Part shown: positions 17,091 through 26,244 of the stretch, one piece after another
Numbering within the stretch: position 1 is the first letter of the stretch
Layout: the number at the start of each line of letters is the position of its first letter
DNA from: Gemmatimonadales bacterium
GTDB taxonomy: Bacteria; Gemmatimonadota; Gemmatimonadetes; Gemmatimonadales; GWC2-71-9
Direction of reading: 5' to 3'
DNA length: 64,000 nucleotides
Assembly (NCBI GenBank): GCA_035575675.1
Contig: DATLXS010000100.1
Location: 30,259 to 94,258, forward strand
The notes under the pieces: model-generated
What the model was told of the DNA's origin: nothing
The model's database searches: none
What the model saw: the letters and a program-made list of their open reading frames with translations, nothing else
Position numbers and translations under genes: made by a program

Positions 17091-17318
17091 CTAGGCGGTG
17101 GTAACCTGGCCGTCCTGAAAACCATTACGTTTGTGCGTTCCATCACAAAACGGTTTTATGGCAGAGCCCCCACATCTGCACAGCACAACGACTTCCGACG
17201 GTTTGCCGTCTTTCCGGGGCGGGTGTGTTAATTCCCTCCCGTCGGGCGTCACGATCCGCACCGGCCCGTCGATGATGAGCGGGCCATTGGGCCTAGGAGT
17301 GATGGTCACATGGGTCAT
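17091..17318 (-). CDS. CDGSH iron-sulfur domain protein
   Basis: CRCGGSAIKPFCDGTH signature. Only the last 75 codons of the 220-aa ORF are used. Confidence 0.8.
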   Translation of the reverse strand: MTHVTITPRPNGPLIIDGPVRIVTPDGRELTHPPRKDGKPSEVVVLCRCGGSAIKPFCDGTHKRNGFQDGQVTTA

Positions 17319-17378
17319 GCCGCCCAATATAGGGCACGCTTCCCCGCCAGACGGGGTATTTCCCGCGTGCGTAGCACG

Positions 17379-18917
17379 ATGCACACACGCCTTTCCCTCA
17401 TCGTATGCGGCGCCGCTCTGGCGGCGTGTCTCGGCGAACGCGGTCCGTTCACGAATCGCATGGCCCACTCCGGGACGGGTTATCTCGCGCGCGCGGCGCG
17501 CCAACCGGTTCGCTGGCAACCCTGGGGCCGCGATGCCTTCGCGCTCGCTGCGAAGCTCGACCGGCCCGTCCTCCTGTACATCGGCAGCGATGCCTGTCGT
17601 TGGTGCGCCGAAACTGACCGCGCGATCTACACCGATCCGGCAATCGGCGGGCTCATCAACGCGCTGTTCGTACCGATCCGCGTGGACCGCGACGAACGGC
17701 CCGATGTCGCGCAGCGCTATCAGGCGGCGGTCGAGCACCTGGCCGGACTGCACGGGTGGCCGCTGACCGTGTTCCTCACCGCCGACGGCTCCGCGTTCTT
17801 CGGCGGCACTTATTTCCCCGCCGACGACCCGATCACGGGGCGCGGGCTCAAGCAGCTGCTGCCCGAAGTGGCGAGGACCTATCGCGAGCAGCGCTCGTTC
17901 ATCGTTCAGCAGGCCGCGCTCGTGCGGCAGCTGGTCGTCACGAGCAACGGCACATCACGTGGCGAGGTGCGTGCGGCACTCGTGCAGGAGGGAATCGCGT
18001 CGGTCGCCCGAGAGCTGGAGAATGCCGTGCGCACGCGAGCGGCCGCCGGCAGCGTAATGCTCGCGGAGGCCACGGGCCTGCTGCTGCCGGGCGACACGAC
18101 GGCGCACGCGGGGGCGTTGCGGGCGCTCGATCTGATGCTCGACACGACCGCCGCGCTTGCCGGGGAGGATCCCCCACGGCTCGTGCGCGCGGCACTCGCC
18201 GGCAGCCTCGTACAGGCGTGGGCGGCGACCGGCGAGGCGCGCTATCGCGAGGCCGGCCGCCTGCTCGTTCGGGATCTGGCGAACGAGCTGGCGGATCCCG
18301 CTGCGCAGGGCGCGGACGGTGCCGTCTTTGCCGACCAGGAAGCATTCGTCATCGAGCACGTGCTGATCGCTGCGGCGACGCTGGGCGAAGCCGGGGCGGA
18401 ACAACGCGCCCGCACGGCGCTCGATGGTTTGCTGCGGCGCACGTACGCCCGCACTTGGGGCGTGCGACACGCGATTGGGGACGCTCCGGCGGCGGGACTC
18501 ACGGCGCCGCTCGGCATGCTGCAGGACCAGGTGCAGGTCGCCGCGGCGTGCCTGGCGGCGCACCAGGTCAATAACGAGTCGCGCTATCTGGCTGTCGCGC
18601 TCGACCTCGCCGCCGTTGTCGAGCGACGCTATGCCGATTCCCTCGGCGGCTATTACGATCTCGCGAACGCGCCTCCTCCTCCCGCGTCATTGCCCACGCC
18701 CGGAGATCGGACCAAACACGTCTTCGACGACGTCCTCCCGGGTCCCAATGCCGAGTTCGCGCTGCTCCTTACTCACCTGGCACAGGTGACGGGCGACCCG
18801 ACCTACCGGCGGCGCGCCCAGGCCACCTTGGAGACGTTCGCCGGCGCCATGCCCGGCGCCGGTGTCCGGGCAACGACGTTTCTGGCCGCAGCACAGGAAA
18901 TCCTTGGAACACCGTGA
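17379..18917 (+). CDS. thioredoxin-domain protein, DUF255 / YyaL family, probable lipoprotein
   Basis: MHTRLSLIVCGAALAAC lipobox. VRWQPWGRDAF...PVLLYIGSDACRWC...VDRDERPDV, followed by an alpha-toroid-like C-terminal region. Confidence 0.8.
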   Translation: MHTRLSLIVCGAALAACLGERGPFTNRMAHSGTGYLARAARQPVRWQPWGRDAFALAAKLDRPVLLYIGSDACRWCAETDRAIYTDPAIGGLINALFVPIRVDRDERPDVAQRYQAAVEHLAGLHGWPLTVFLTADGSAFFGGTYFPADDPITGRGLKQLLPEVARTYREQRSFIVQQAALVRQLVVTSNGTSRGEVRAALVQEGIASVARELENAVRTRAAAGSVMLAEATGLLLPGDTTAHAGALRALDLMLDTTAALAGEDPPRLVRAALAGSLVQAWAATGEARYREAGRLLVRDLANELADPAAQGADGAVFADQEAFVIEHVLIAAATLGEAGAEQRARTALDGLLRRTYARTWGVRHAIGDAPAAGLTAPLGMLQDQVQVAAACLAAHQVNNESRYLAVALDLAAVVERRYADSLGGYYDLANAPPPPASLPTPGDRTKHVFDDVLPGPNAEFALLLTHLAQVTGDPTYRRRAQATLETFAGAMPGAGVRATTFLAAAQEILGTP

Positions 18918-18945
18918 CGAAGCCCCCCGGGAGGGGGTCACTGAG

Positions 18946-19494
18946 ATGGTGAACAACGGGGCCCCCGATGCTGAAGTAGTCGCCCGGATCTTGGGTGGCG
19001 ATGGGGAGGCGTTTGGGATTCTCATCCGGCGATACGAACCGGGTCTGCTTCGCTTCGCGACGCGCATGCTCGGGAATCCCGACGCCGCGGCCGATGCGGT
19101 AGCTGAGAGTCTCGTACGCGCCTACCGGCATTTGGCCCAGTGCCGCGATCCCGAGCGCCTGCGCAGCTGGCTGTACCGGATTACCGGGAATCGTTGCCGC
19201 AGCCATCTCGCGCGCCGGCACACGAACGACATCTCGCTGAGCGACGCACCGCCGCTCGCAGACGGCTCGGATGCCTGGGCGGCGCTCGAACGAGGTGAGC
19301 AGGTGGCGCTGGTGGAGCGTGCGCTGGCCGCATTGCCGGCCGAAAAGCGCGAGGCGTTCGTCTTGAAGCACGTCGAGGGGATGAGCTACGAGGAGATGGC
19401 GACGGTGACGGGAGCGCGCATTCCGACGCTCAAGATGCGAGTCCATCGCGCCCGCGAAGCATTACTGGCGGCGCTGGAGGAGGTCGTACGATGA
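18946..19494 (+). CDS. ECF-type RNA polymerase sigma factor
   Basis: Region 2 (FGILIRRYEPGLLRFATRMLGN..DAVAESLVRAY) and region 4 (REAFVLKHVEGMSYEEMA). GGGAGGGGG lies upstream of the ATG. Confidence 0.85.
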   Translation: MVNNGAPDAEVVARILGGDGEAFGILIRRYEPGLLRFATRMLGNPDAAADAVAESLVRAYRHLAQCRDPERLRSWLYRITGNRCRSHLARRHTNDISLSDAPPLADGSDAWAALERGEQVALVERALAALPAEKREAFVLKHVEGMSYEEMATVTGARIPTLKMRVHRAREALLAALEEVVR

Positions 19495-20123
19495 GCCCAA
19501 TTGATCCACGGTTGCAGGAAGCGCTCGACGGCGAGCGTGATCCAGGCGAGCTGCCGGGGGATCTGCGGGAGGCGTACGCCCGGCTGATCTCCGCAACGGA
19601 GGTGCTCAGTGCGACACCGCGGTTGAGCGTCGCGGCGCGCGTGATGGCGGAGATCCGCCAGAACCCGGCCCCCGCCCCGGCCCAAACCAGAGGTCCGTTG
19701 CGGCGCTCGATTCGCTGGCTGGGCCGGCCGATCATCGTGCGCCTGCGGCCCGCCTGGACTCTGGCGCTCGCTGCGGGCCTCGCAGCCGCCCTGCTGCTGC
19801 GGTTCGGACCGAGCGGCCCGGTACCGGGCGTCGCTGAAGGCGTCGCGAAATTCGTGGGCCACTTCCCCGACGCCCGGTCGGTAGAGGTCGTCGGCTCGTT
19901 CAACGACTGGAGCCGCGGTGCGCTGGCCCTGAATGACGACGACCACGACGGCATCTGGCACGCCGACGCGGTTCTCCCCGCGGGTCAGCACGAGTACATG
20001 TTCGTGGTTGACGGCGAACGCTGGGTGTCCGACCCACTGGCGGGGCGATACGTCGACGATGGATTTGGCGAGGGTCAACAGAACTCCCTGCTCATCGTGC
20101 GTCCGGCGGCCGCTCAGCCATGA
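19491..20123 (+). CDS. single-pass anti-sigma factor candidate with extracytoplasmic CBM48/AMPK-beta glycogen-binding-like domain
   Basis: 4-nt overlap with the sigma gene. TM helix LALAAGLAAALLL. VEVVGSFNDWSRG...GIWHADAVLPAGQHEYMFVVDGERWVSDP. Confidence 0.6.
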   Translation: MSPIDPRLQEALDGERDPGELPGDLREAYARLISATEVLSATPRLSVAARVMAEIRQNPAPAPAQTRGPLRRSIRWLGRPIIVRLRPAWTLALAAGLAAALLLRFGPSGPVPGVAEGVAKFVGHFPDARSVEVVGSFNDWSRGALALNDDDHDGIWHADAVLPAGQHEYMFVVDGERWVSDPLAGRYVDDGFGEGQQNSLLIVRPAAAQP

Positions 20124-20749
20124 GGGTACGGCTGGCGCTCGCGCTCGCGCTCGGGCTGGCCGCGGCGCCGCTGACCGCGCAAAACGGCAATCCCCGGCTC
20201 GCCGGTCGCGTGCCCGCTGCCGCCCTTCCGGCGATCGATTCGATCATCGCCACCGCGGTGGCCGAAAGCCTGCCAACCGAGCCCCTGGTTCAGAAGGCGC
20301 TCGAGGGCAGCGCCAAGAACGTGCCTGCCGCCCGTTTGGTGAACGGCGTGCGGCGGGGCCTGCTCCAACTGCGGGCGGCGCGCGTCATTGTCGCGCGCGC
20401 CGTGCCGGGCCAGTCTCCCCCCGAAGGCCATGTGGCGGCGGTCTCGGCGGCTCTGGCCCGCGGCCTACCCGCCCCCATCGTGGAGCGGCTGCTGACCGTG
20501 GCGCCGAACGAGGCACCCGGCCCGGCGCTGCATGCGGCGGCGGACCTGATCGCGCATCGCTTTGACCCTGATTCCGCCGCCGACTTGCTGGTGGACGCGC
20601 ACAACAAGGGCTTGCGGGATGGGCGGTTACTCGACGTGGCGGTCGCCGCCGACCACGAGCTGCAGCGGGGTGGGGGCCGAAGTCCTTCCGAAGCGCTGGC
20701 GCATGTCCGGGCTATGCTCCCCAACGTGCCGCTGCCCAGGCGGCCGTGA
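20120..20749 (+). CDS. secreted hypothetical protein
   Basis: ATGA overlap with the upstream gene. Signal peptide MRVRLALALALGLAAAPLTAQ. Confidence 0.5.
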   Translation: MRVRLALALALGLAAAPLTAQNGNPRLAGRVPAAALPAIDSIIATAVAESLPTEPLVQKALEGSAKNVPAARLVNGVRRGLLQLRAARVIVARAVPGQSPPEGHVAAVSAALARGLPAPIVERLLTVAPNEAPGPALHAAADLIAHRFDPDSAADLLVDAHNKGLRDGRLLDVAVAADHELQRGGGRSPSEALAHVRAMLPNVPLPRRP

Positions 20750-20801
20750 CGCGAGGTGGAACGGGCGGGTCGTAAGAGCAACCCTAAACCCGAGGCTTTG
20801 A

Positions 20802-21002
20802 ATGTTTCTCCCCGCCATCCTGTTTTTGAGCCTGGCTGCGCAGCAGCCCACGCAGCAGCCGGCTGCCGCACCGGCGAAGCCGGCGACGAACGCCTCGCAG
20901 CAGGCGGATACGTCGAAGACCAAGCACAAGGCGCGCCGGACGGCCCGCAAGGCGAAACCCGCCGCCGCCGCCGCTCCGCGCGACACGACGAAGAAGCCGT
21001 AA
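20802..21002 (+). CDS. small secreted Ala/Lys/Pro-rich protein (hypothetical)
   Basis: Signal-like MFLPAILFLSLAAQ followed by a low-complexity basic tail. Coding status is uncertain. Confidence 0.35.
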   Translation: MFLPAILFLSLAAQQPTQQPAAAPAKPATNASQQADTSKTKHKARRTARKAKPAAAAAPRDTTKKP

Positions 21003-21003
21003 C

Positions 21004-22242
21004 CTACGACGTGTAGTCTGAGTTGATCCGGACGTACTCCGGAGAAAGATCGCAGGTCCATACCACCGCCTCCGACCGACCGAGACCAAGGTCGAGTCGG
21101 AGGCGTATGGTTTTTTGCTGGAAGATGGCGCGTGCCAGCGCGAGGTCGGCGAGCGCGGTGGCGCCGCCGCTCGCGAGGGTGAGCCAGGGTCCGCCGTTGG
21201 CGGATTCAGCTTCCAGCGTCAGTCGGTCAGGCACGAGCGCCACGCCGGCCACGCCGGCCGCCGCCAGCACCCGGCCCCAGTTTGGGTCGCCGCCGTAGAT
21301 CGCCGTCTTCACGAGCGTCGAGCGCGCGATCGCCCGTCCCACCTCGCGCGCGTGCCCTTCCGTCTGAGCGCCAGTGATGTGGATCTCCAGCCGCTTGCTC
21401 GCTCCTTCACCATCCTCCACAACCGCAAGCGCAAGCCTGCGCGCCACCTCGGTCGCGGCTTCTTCGAACAGCTTCCACGTCGCCCCGTCGCGGGACGGAT
21501 CGATCCCCGCATGCCCGTTCGCGAGGAAGAGCACGGTGTCGTTGGTGCTCGTGTCGCCGTCCACAGAGATCGCGTTGAACGTGCGGTCGACCACGCGCTT
21601 CCAAAACGGCCGCAAGGCGCCGGGCTCCGACACCGCATCCGTGGTCAGGACGCCGAGCAGCGTGGCCATGTCGGGATGGATCATCCCCGCCCCTTTCGCC
21701 ATGCCGCCGATCGTGATTGGCCCTCCGGGCGTTTCGACCCGCACCGCGCAGTGCTTCGGGCGGGTGTCGGTTGTCATGATCGCGCGAGCCGCGTCGATGC
21801 CGCCGTCTGGTGAGAGCTTGCCAGCAGCCTCACGCAGTCCCCGTTCCACTTTGTCCACGGGAAGGGGTACGCCGATCACGCCGGTCGAGAGGACGAGCGC
21901 CGTGCGCGGCGGCAGGCCGGCTGCCTCTTCGGCGCAATGCGCCATCGCTCGGGCGGTCTCGAGCCCCGCCGCACCGGTGCAGGCGTTCGCGACGCGGGCA
22001 TTCATGGCGACCGCCCGCACGCGCCCCGGCTTCTCACTCAGCAGCGCGGCGTCGTAGATGACGGGTGCGGCGCGCAGGGCGTTCTTGGTGAAGACGCCGG
22101 CGGTGGCGCAGCTCGTCGCGCTGACGAGCAACGCCACGTCGAGTGCGCCGTCCGATTTGAGACCGGCGTGCGCCGCCGCGGCGGTGAACCCCCCGGGCGA
22201 TGTCGCCGAACCGCCGTCTATCGTGGAAATTGCGGAGGACAT
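21004..22242 (-). CDS. argJ: bifunctional glutamate N-acetyltransferase / amino-acid acetyltransferase
   Basis: KGAGMIHPDMATLLGVLTTDA autoprocessing site and C-terminal YVRINSDYTS. Confidence 0.9.
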   Translation of the reverse strand: MSSAISTIDGGSATSPGGFTAAAAHAGLKSDGALDVALLVSATSCATAGVFTKNALRAAPVIYDAALLSEKPGRVRAVAMNARVANACTGAAGLETARAMAHCAEEAAGLPPRTALVLSTGVIGVPLPVDKVERGLREAAGKLSPDGGIDAARAIMTTDTRPKHCAVRVETPGGPITIGGMAKGAGMIHPDMATLLGVLTTDAVSEPGALRPFWKRVVDRTFNAISVDGDTSTNDTVLFLANGHAGIDPSRDGATWKLFEEAATEVARRLALAVVEDGEGASKRLEIHITGAQTEGHAREVGRAIARSTLVKTAIYGGDPNWGRVLAAAGVAGVALVPDRLTLEAESANGGPWLTLASGGATALADLALARAIFQQKTIRLRLDLGLGRSEAVVWTCDLSPEYVRINSDYTS

Positions 22243-22307
22243 GGTCGCTTGTGTAACAGTGCTCCGTTTCTTATCATAGCACAACCTTCCCTGGGGAGAC
22301 TCGTTCG

Positions 22308-23420
22308 ATGTCGGACCCGTTCCTCAGTTCCGACGAATACGACGAACGCGCGCATCAGCTCTACAACGAAGGACGATACGACGACGCCATAGATACCCTG
22401 CGCGAAGGCTTGGGGTTGTATCCCCACGCCGTCGAGCTGCACGTCGGCATGGGCTACGCCCGGCTCGCGCGCGAGGAATTTGCCTGGGCCAGGCGGGCGT
22501 TCGAAGAGGCGCGCGGTCTCGACCCCGATCACGAGGATACGCTCGCCGGACTGGGTGAAGTGCTCCTCAAGTTCGGCGACCGCGCCGGCGCGCTCGCCTG
22601 CTTCGAGCATGTGCTCGCGCTCGGATTTCAGGACGATCACGACCTCATGTTGCAGATCGGTCGCGCGCTGTTTCGTGAAGGCGTGCTCGACCAGGCGCGC
22701 CGCTTCTTTGAAGGGGCGCTGCGCGCGCACCCCGACTCCGCCGATGCGGCGGCGTGCGTGGGGTACGCGGCGCACCGGCTGGCGGACGAAGGCGGCAGCC
22801 TGCATTGGCTGCGGCGCGCGCTCGAGCTCGACCCGAGCCTCGGCGAGGCGCGCATCTATCTCGCCAACCTGCTGTACGACCGCGGCGAGTATGAGGCCGC
22901 GCTGTTTCATCTCGAGCGGACCGGACCCGAAGAGCACTATGACGCGCTCGCGATCTGGCGGCTCGTCGAGCTGAAGAAGAGTGTGTACCGCCTGCCCGAC
23001 GACGATCCCGAGCTCGTGCCGTGGAACGAGCGTCTCACCGCGCTGGCGGGGGACGCCGCTCCCGAGGACATCCTCCTCGCGGAGATCGAAGCGATGACGC
23101 CGGACGGCCAGATCCGCGATCCCCGCCAGCTGGAGCTGTTCGGGACGCTGCTCACCGAGCTGCAGGGAATGAAGAACAAGGGTTTCGAGGTCCATCGCGT
23201 GAGCACCGTCTCCGGGGCGACGTACGTCGGGACGTGGGAAGAAATCGTGCGGCAGATGAGGGACGACGCCGCCGAATGGGTCGCGGGCTCGCTCGAGGAG
23301 TACATGGAAGCGAGCGCCAAGCGCTGGCGCAAACAGACGGGAGTGGCGATTCCGGCCACGGATCCGGAGAGCTTTCTCCGGGCCGGCGCCGATGCTGGGG
23401 TCCTAAGAATCCTGCATTAG
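22308..23420 (+). CDS. TPR-repeat protein
   Basis: Repeated A..YN.G.Y..A...L...L type 34-residue repeats in the N-terminal 220 aa. Confidence 0.7.
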   Translation: MSDPFLSSDEYDERAHQLYNEGRYDDAIDTLREGLGLYPHAVELHVGMGYARLAREEFAWARRAFEEARGLDPDHEDTLAGLGEVLLKFGDRAGALACFEHVLALGFQDDHDLMLQIGRALFREGVLDQARRFFEGALRAHPDSADAAACVGYAAHRLADEGGSLHWLRRALELDPSLGEARIYLANLLYDRGEYEAALFHLERTGPEEHYDALAIWRLVELKKSVYRLPDDDPELVPWNERLTALAGDAAPEDILLAEIEAMTPDGQIRDPRQLELFGTLLTELQGMKNKGFEVHRVSTVSGATYVGTWEEIVRQMRDDAAEWVAGSLEEYMEASAKRWRKQTGVAIPATDPESFLRAGADAGVLRILH

Positions 23421-23776
23421 GCCGTCTTCTTGAATCGGATCCCGATCGACAACGGCCCATCGCCCAGCGCCATCAGGGTGACCGAGCCGGCGAGCAGCAG
23501 CGCGTCGAGCTCGATGTTGGCATGATGCGGCAGTTCGATGGCGATGATCGTCACCGCCATGAACGCCGCCATCGCCGTGGCCCAGAAGCGGGTCCACATG
23601 CCGAGCAGCACACACACCGCGCCGACCGTTTCGATGGCGATCACGAGCAATACCAGGAGGGCACTGAGCGACAGGTTCGGGATCCCGCCCCGGATCCGGT
23701 CCAGGCCGCGGCTCAGAAACACCCCACCAACAGCCAGCCGCATGAAGAACGCGGCGTACGGCGCGAATGCGTTCAC
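23417..23776 (-). CDS. DoxX-family membrane protein
   Basis: FFMRLAVGGVFLSRGL and four hydrophobic helices; about 119 aa. Confidence 0.7.
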   Translation of the reverse strand: MNAFAPYAAFFMRLAVGGVFLSRGLDRIRGGIPNLSLSALLVLLVIAIETVGAVCVLLGMWTRFWATAMAAFMAVTIIAIELPHHANIELDALLLAGSVTLMALGDGPLSIGIRFKKTA

Positions 23777-23786
23777 GAGGTCTCCG

Positions 23787-24245
23787 CTAGAACATGGACA
23801 TCGCGAGGAACGACCGCAGATTGTCGTTCGTCACGCGCAGCCGGGCGGACAGGAGCCGCACGACCGACCATAGCACCTTGTAGGCGACGTCGCGGTTGAA
23901 GTCGAGGAGCAGCTCGAAGTCGGAACGGGAGATCGTGATGAGGGTGCACGAGGTATTCGCGATCGCGTCGGTGGACCGCTCGGACCGATCGAAGATCGAC
24001 ATCTCCCCAAAGCACGCGCCCGGCTTCAAGACGGCCAGCGCCTCTTCCCCGGAGCCCGGGATGGTCCGCGAGATCCGGACTTCGCCTTCCGAAATCAGGA
24101 ACAGGCGGTTGCCGGGTTCGCCTTCCTTGAAGACGTATTGGCCGACGGTGTGTTTCTGTTCGCGGCAGACTTCCGCGACCCGGGCCAACTCGCCCTCATC
24201 GAGGTCCTGGAAGATGGCGGCTTGTTTGAGCAGCTTGAGGTCCAC
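23787..24245 (-). CDS. cyclic-nucleotide-binding domain protein (no DNA-binding domain)
   Basis: FKEGEPGNRLFLISEGEVRISR...GACFGEMSIFD...RSTDAIA. GTG start. Confidence 0.8.
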   Translation of the reverse strand: MDLKLLKQAAIFQDLDEGELARVAEVCREQKHTVGQYVFKEGEPGNRLFLISEGEVRISRTIPGSGEEALAVLKPGACFGEMSIFDRSERSTDAIANTSCTLITISRSDFELLLDFNRDVAYKVLWSVVRLLSARLRVTNDNLRSFLAMSMF

Positions 24246-24332
24246 GGAGGCTAAGGTACGGTCAAACCGCGTTTCGCGGTAGCGGACGCGCTCACGGCGC
24301 TGCGATTTCCGCTCGCCGCGCTGTTTCCGTTC

Positions 24333-24779
24333 GTGGCCTCGCCCACGTGGCAGCTGGCCATCGTCGCCGCCGCCGCTGCGAGCGACGTCGCGGACGGGTT
24401 CCTGGCACGGCGCTCCGGGTCGTCACGCGCCGGCGCGGTGCTCGATCCCGTCGCGGACAAATTCTTCATGGCGGTTACGTTCGTCACGGTGGCGCGCCGC
24501 GGGATGCTGGTCTGGTACGAGCTGATCGGCGTTCTGCTGCGGGATATTCTGGCCGTGCTCGCCTTTCTGGCCACCTGGGTGCTGCGGCGGCCGGTCGCCG
24601 TTCCAGCCCGCGCCGGCGGCAAGGCGGTGACGATCGCGCAGCTGCTGACATTGGTGGCGGCGATTACGGATTGGACCTACACTCGTCACCTCGCATGGGC
24701 CACCGCGGCCATTGCAGTGTACGCAATCTGGGACTACGGACGGACCGCAGCGCGCAAGACGGAGTCGTCAACCCCATGA
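24333..24779 (+). CDS. CDP-alcohol phosphatidyltransferase family protein (PgsA-like); N-terminus unresolved
   Basis: DVADGFLARRSGSSRAGAVLDPVADK matches the D-x2-DG-x2-AR...G-x3-D-x3-D motif. The frame stays open upstream to 24255 with no canonical start codon. Confidence 0.65.
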   Translation: MASPTWQLAIVAAAAASDVADGFLARRSGSSRAGAVLDPVADKFFMAVTFVTVARRGMLVWYELIGVLLRDILAVLAFLATWVLRRPVAVPARAGGKAVTIAQLLTLVAAITDWTYTRHLAWATAAIAVYAIWDYGRTAARKTESSTP

Positions 24780-24797
24780 CTCGCAAGGAGACAGACA

Positions 24798-25331
24798 GTG
24801 CCCGGAACGCGAACCATCGTGTTGGCCGTCGCTGCGGGAGCGCTGCTCGCCCCTCATGGGGGCGCGGCGCAACAGTTCCAGCCGCCCAAGAATGGGGCGC
24901 ACGGCGGGACGCGCATCGGGCTGTTCGGATTCGGCGTGCGCAGCGGCGTCGACTTCAGACGATCCGGGCAGTTCGTGCTGGGAGCGACGCTCGATCTCGG
25001 TGACCTGTTCACCAATCGCATCCGCTTGCGCCCCTCGGCAGAGATCGGCGTCTTCAATGGCCCGAACAGCTACGTCGGCAATTTCGAGGCGCTGTGGCGC
25101 TTCACCGACGACGAGGAGGTGGCGACTCCTTACATCGGGCTGGGGCTCGGCGTGGCGGGCCGCGATGGCTGCGGCACCGATCCGGCATGCCCCGGGCTCT
25201 GGCTCAACACCGTCTTCGGATTCGAGCTGCATTACCACTCCACGTTCAACTGGCTGCTCGAGTACCACGGCATGGACCGGATGCGGCGGCACCGCCTGTA
25301 CATCGGACTGACGACGCGCCGGGGCAACTGA
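24798..25331 (+). CDS. small outer-membrane beta-barrel-like protein (hypothetical)
   Basis: AAGGAG RBS plus GTG start, a signal peptide, alternating hydrophobic strands, and a C-terminal LYIGLTTRRGN. Confidence 0.5.
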   Translation: MPGTRTIVLAVAAGALLAPHGGAAQQFQPPKNGAHGGTRIGLFGFGVRSGVDFRRSGQFVLGATLDLGDLFTNRIRLRPSAEIGVFNGPNSYVGNFEALWRFTDDEEVATPYIGLGLGVAGRDGCGTDPACPGLWLNTVFGFELHYHSTFNWLLEYHGMDRMRRHRLYIGLTTRRGN

Positions 25332-25332
25332 G

Positions 25333-25740
25333 ATGGCGAAGACCGCCGACGTGACGATGCGGTGGCTGCGGGCGCTGCAGTTCGAAGGCAGCGGCACCGG
25401 ACGGCCGCCGATTCTCGTCGACGGCGATTCGGCCGCCGCCACATCGCCGGTCGAGCTCCTCCTCCTCGCGGCTGCCACGTGCACCGCATCGGATGTCGTC
25501 ATCATTTTGCAGAAGCAGCGCGTGAAGCTCGAAGGTCTGGACATCACCGTGCGCGGCACGCGGCGCGAGACCGCGCCGCGCCGGTTCACGGCGATCGCCT
25601 TTCATTTTGCCGTCCGGGGCGAAGGGGCCGACGACGTGAAAGTCCGCCGCGCCGTGGACCTCTCGCTCGAGAAGTACTGCTCTGTCGTCGCGTCGCTCGC
25701 GCCCGACATCGCGATCAGTTACGACGTCGCCATTGCCTAG
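25333..25740 (+). CDS. OsmC-family peroxiredoxin-like protein
   Basis: PVELLLLAAATCTASDVV and LSLEKYCSVVASL (the two conserved Cys regions). Confidence 0.85.
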   Translation: MAKTADVTMRWLRALQFEGSGTGRPPILVDGDSAAATSPVELLLLAAATCTASDVVIILQKQRVKLEGLDITVRGTRRETAPRRFTAIAFHFAVRGEGADDVKVRRAVDLSLEKYCSVVASLAPDIAISYDVAIA

Positions 25741-26191
25741 CCTGCTGTTCCTCCTGCCGGTCCTGGCCTTGCAGTCACAGCAGCTCTCCGCGACCGAGCT
25801 GAGCCTCGGCGCCGTCGCCGTGGTGGCCCGCCGCACCTTTGCCGGCGGTGAGGTGGGTCTCGCGCATCGCGCCAGTGGGGACAGTCGCATCGCGCTGGCG
25901 CTGGGTGGCGGAACGGTTACCGGTCGCGCCGCGGCGCGCGGGCAGCTGACCCTGCAGTTGCTCGTCAACTCGTCATCGCGCACCGGCGCCGGCCTGTACG
26001 CGGGCGTGGGAGGCGCGTTCGCCGCGCGCCGCGGCGCCCCCGGGCAGGGGTTTCTCGCGCTGCTGCTGGGGGTCGAAGCCGCCCCGGGACGCCGGCAGGC
26101 GTGGTATGTCGAGCTGGGGTTCGCCGGCGGTGTGCGGGCCGCGGCCGGGTGGCGCATGCGCTGGTTTCCCGCGTGGTGGCGTGCGCCCTAG
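25733..26191 (+). CDS. secreted Gly/Ala-rich hypothetical protein
   Basis: Signal-like N-terminus; overlaps the osmC-like stop by 8 nt. I recognise no family. Confidence 0.4.
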   Translation: MPSLLFLLPVLALQSQQLSATELSLGAVAVVARRTFAGGEVGLAHRASGDSRIALALGGGTVTGRAAARGQLTLQLLVNSSSRTGAGLYAGVGGAFAARRGAPGQGFLALLLGVEAAPGRRQAWYVELGFAGGVRAAAGWRMRWFPAWWRAP

Positions 26192-26221
26192 AAAGCAAAA
26201 AGGCGCCTCTGACGAGGCGCC
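26192..26221 (-). terminator. intrinsic terminator after the 26245..26514 gene
   Basis: GGCGCCTC-tgac-GAGGCGCC, with TTTTTGCTTT following on the minus strand. Confidence 0.7.
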
Positions 26222-26244
26222 CAATCACACCGACGACAAACTGC

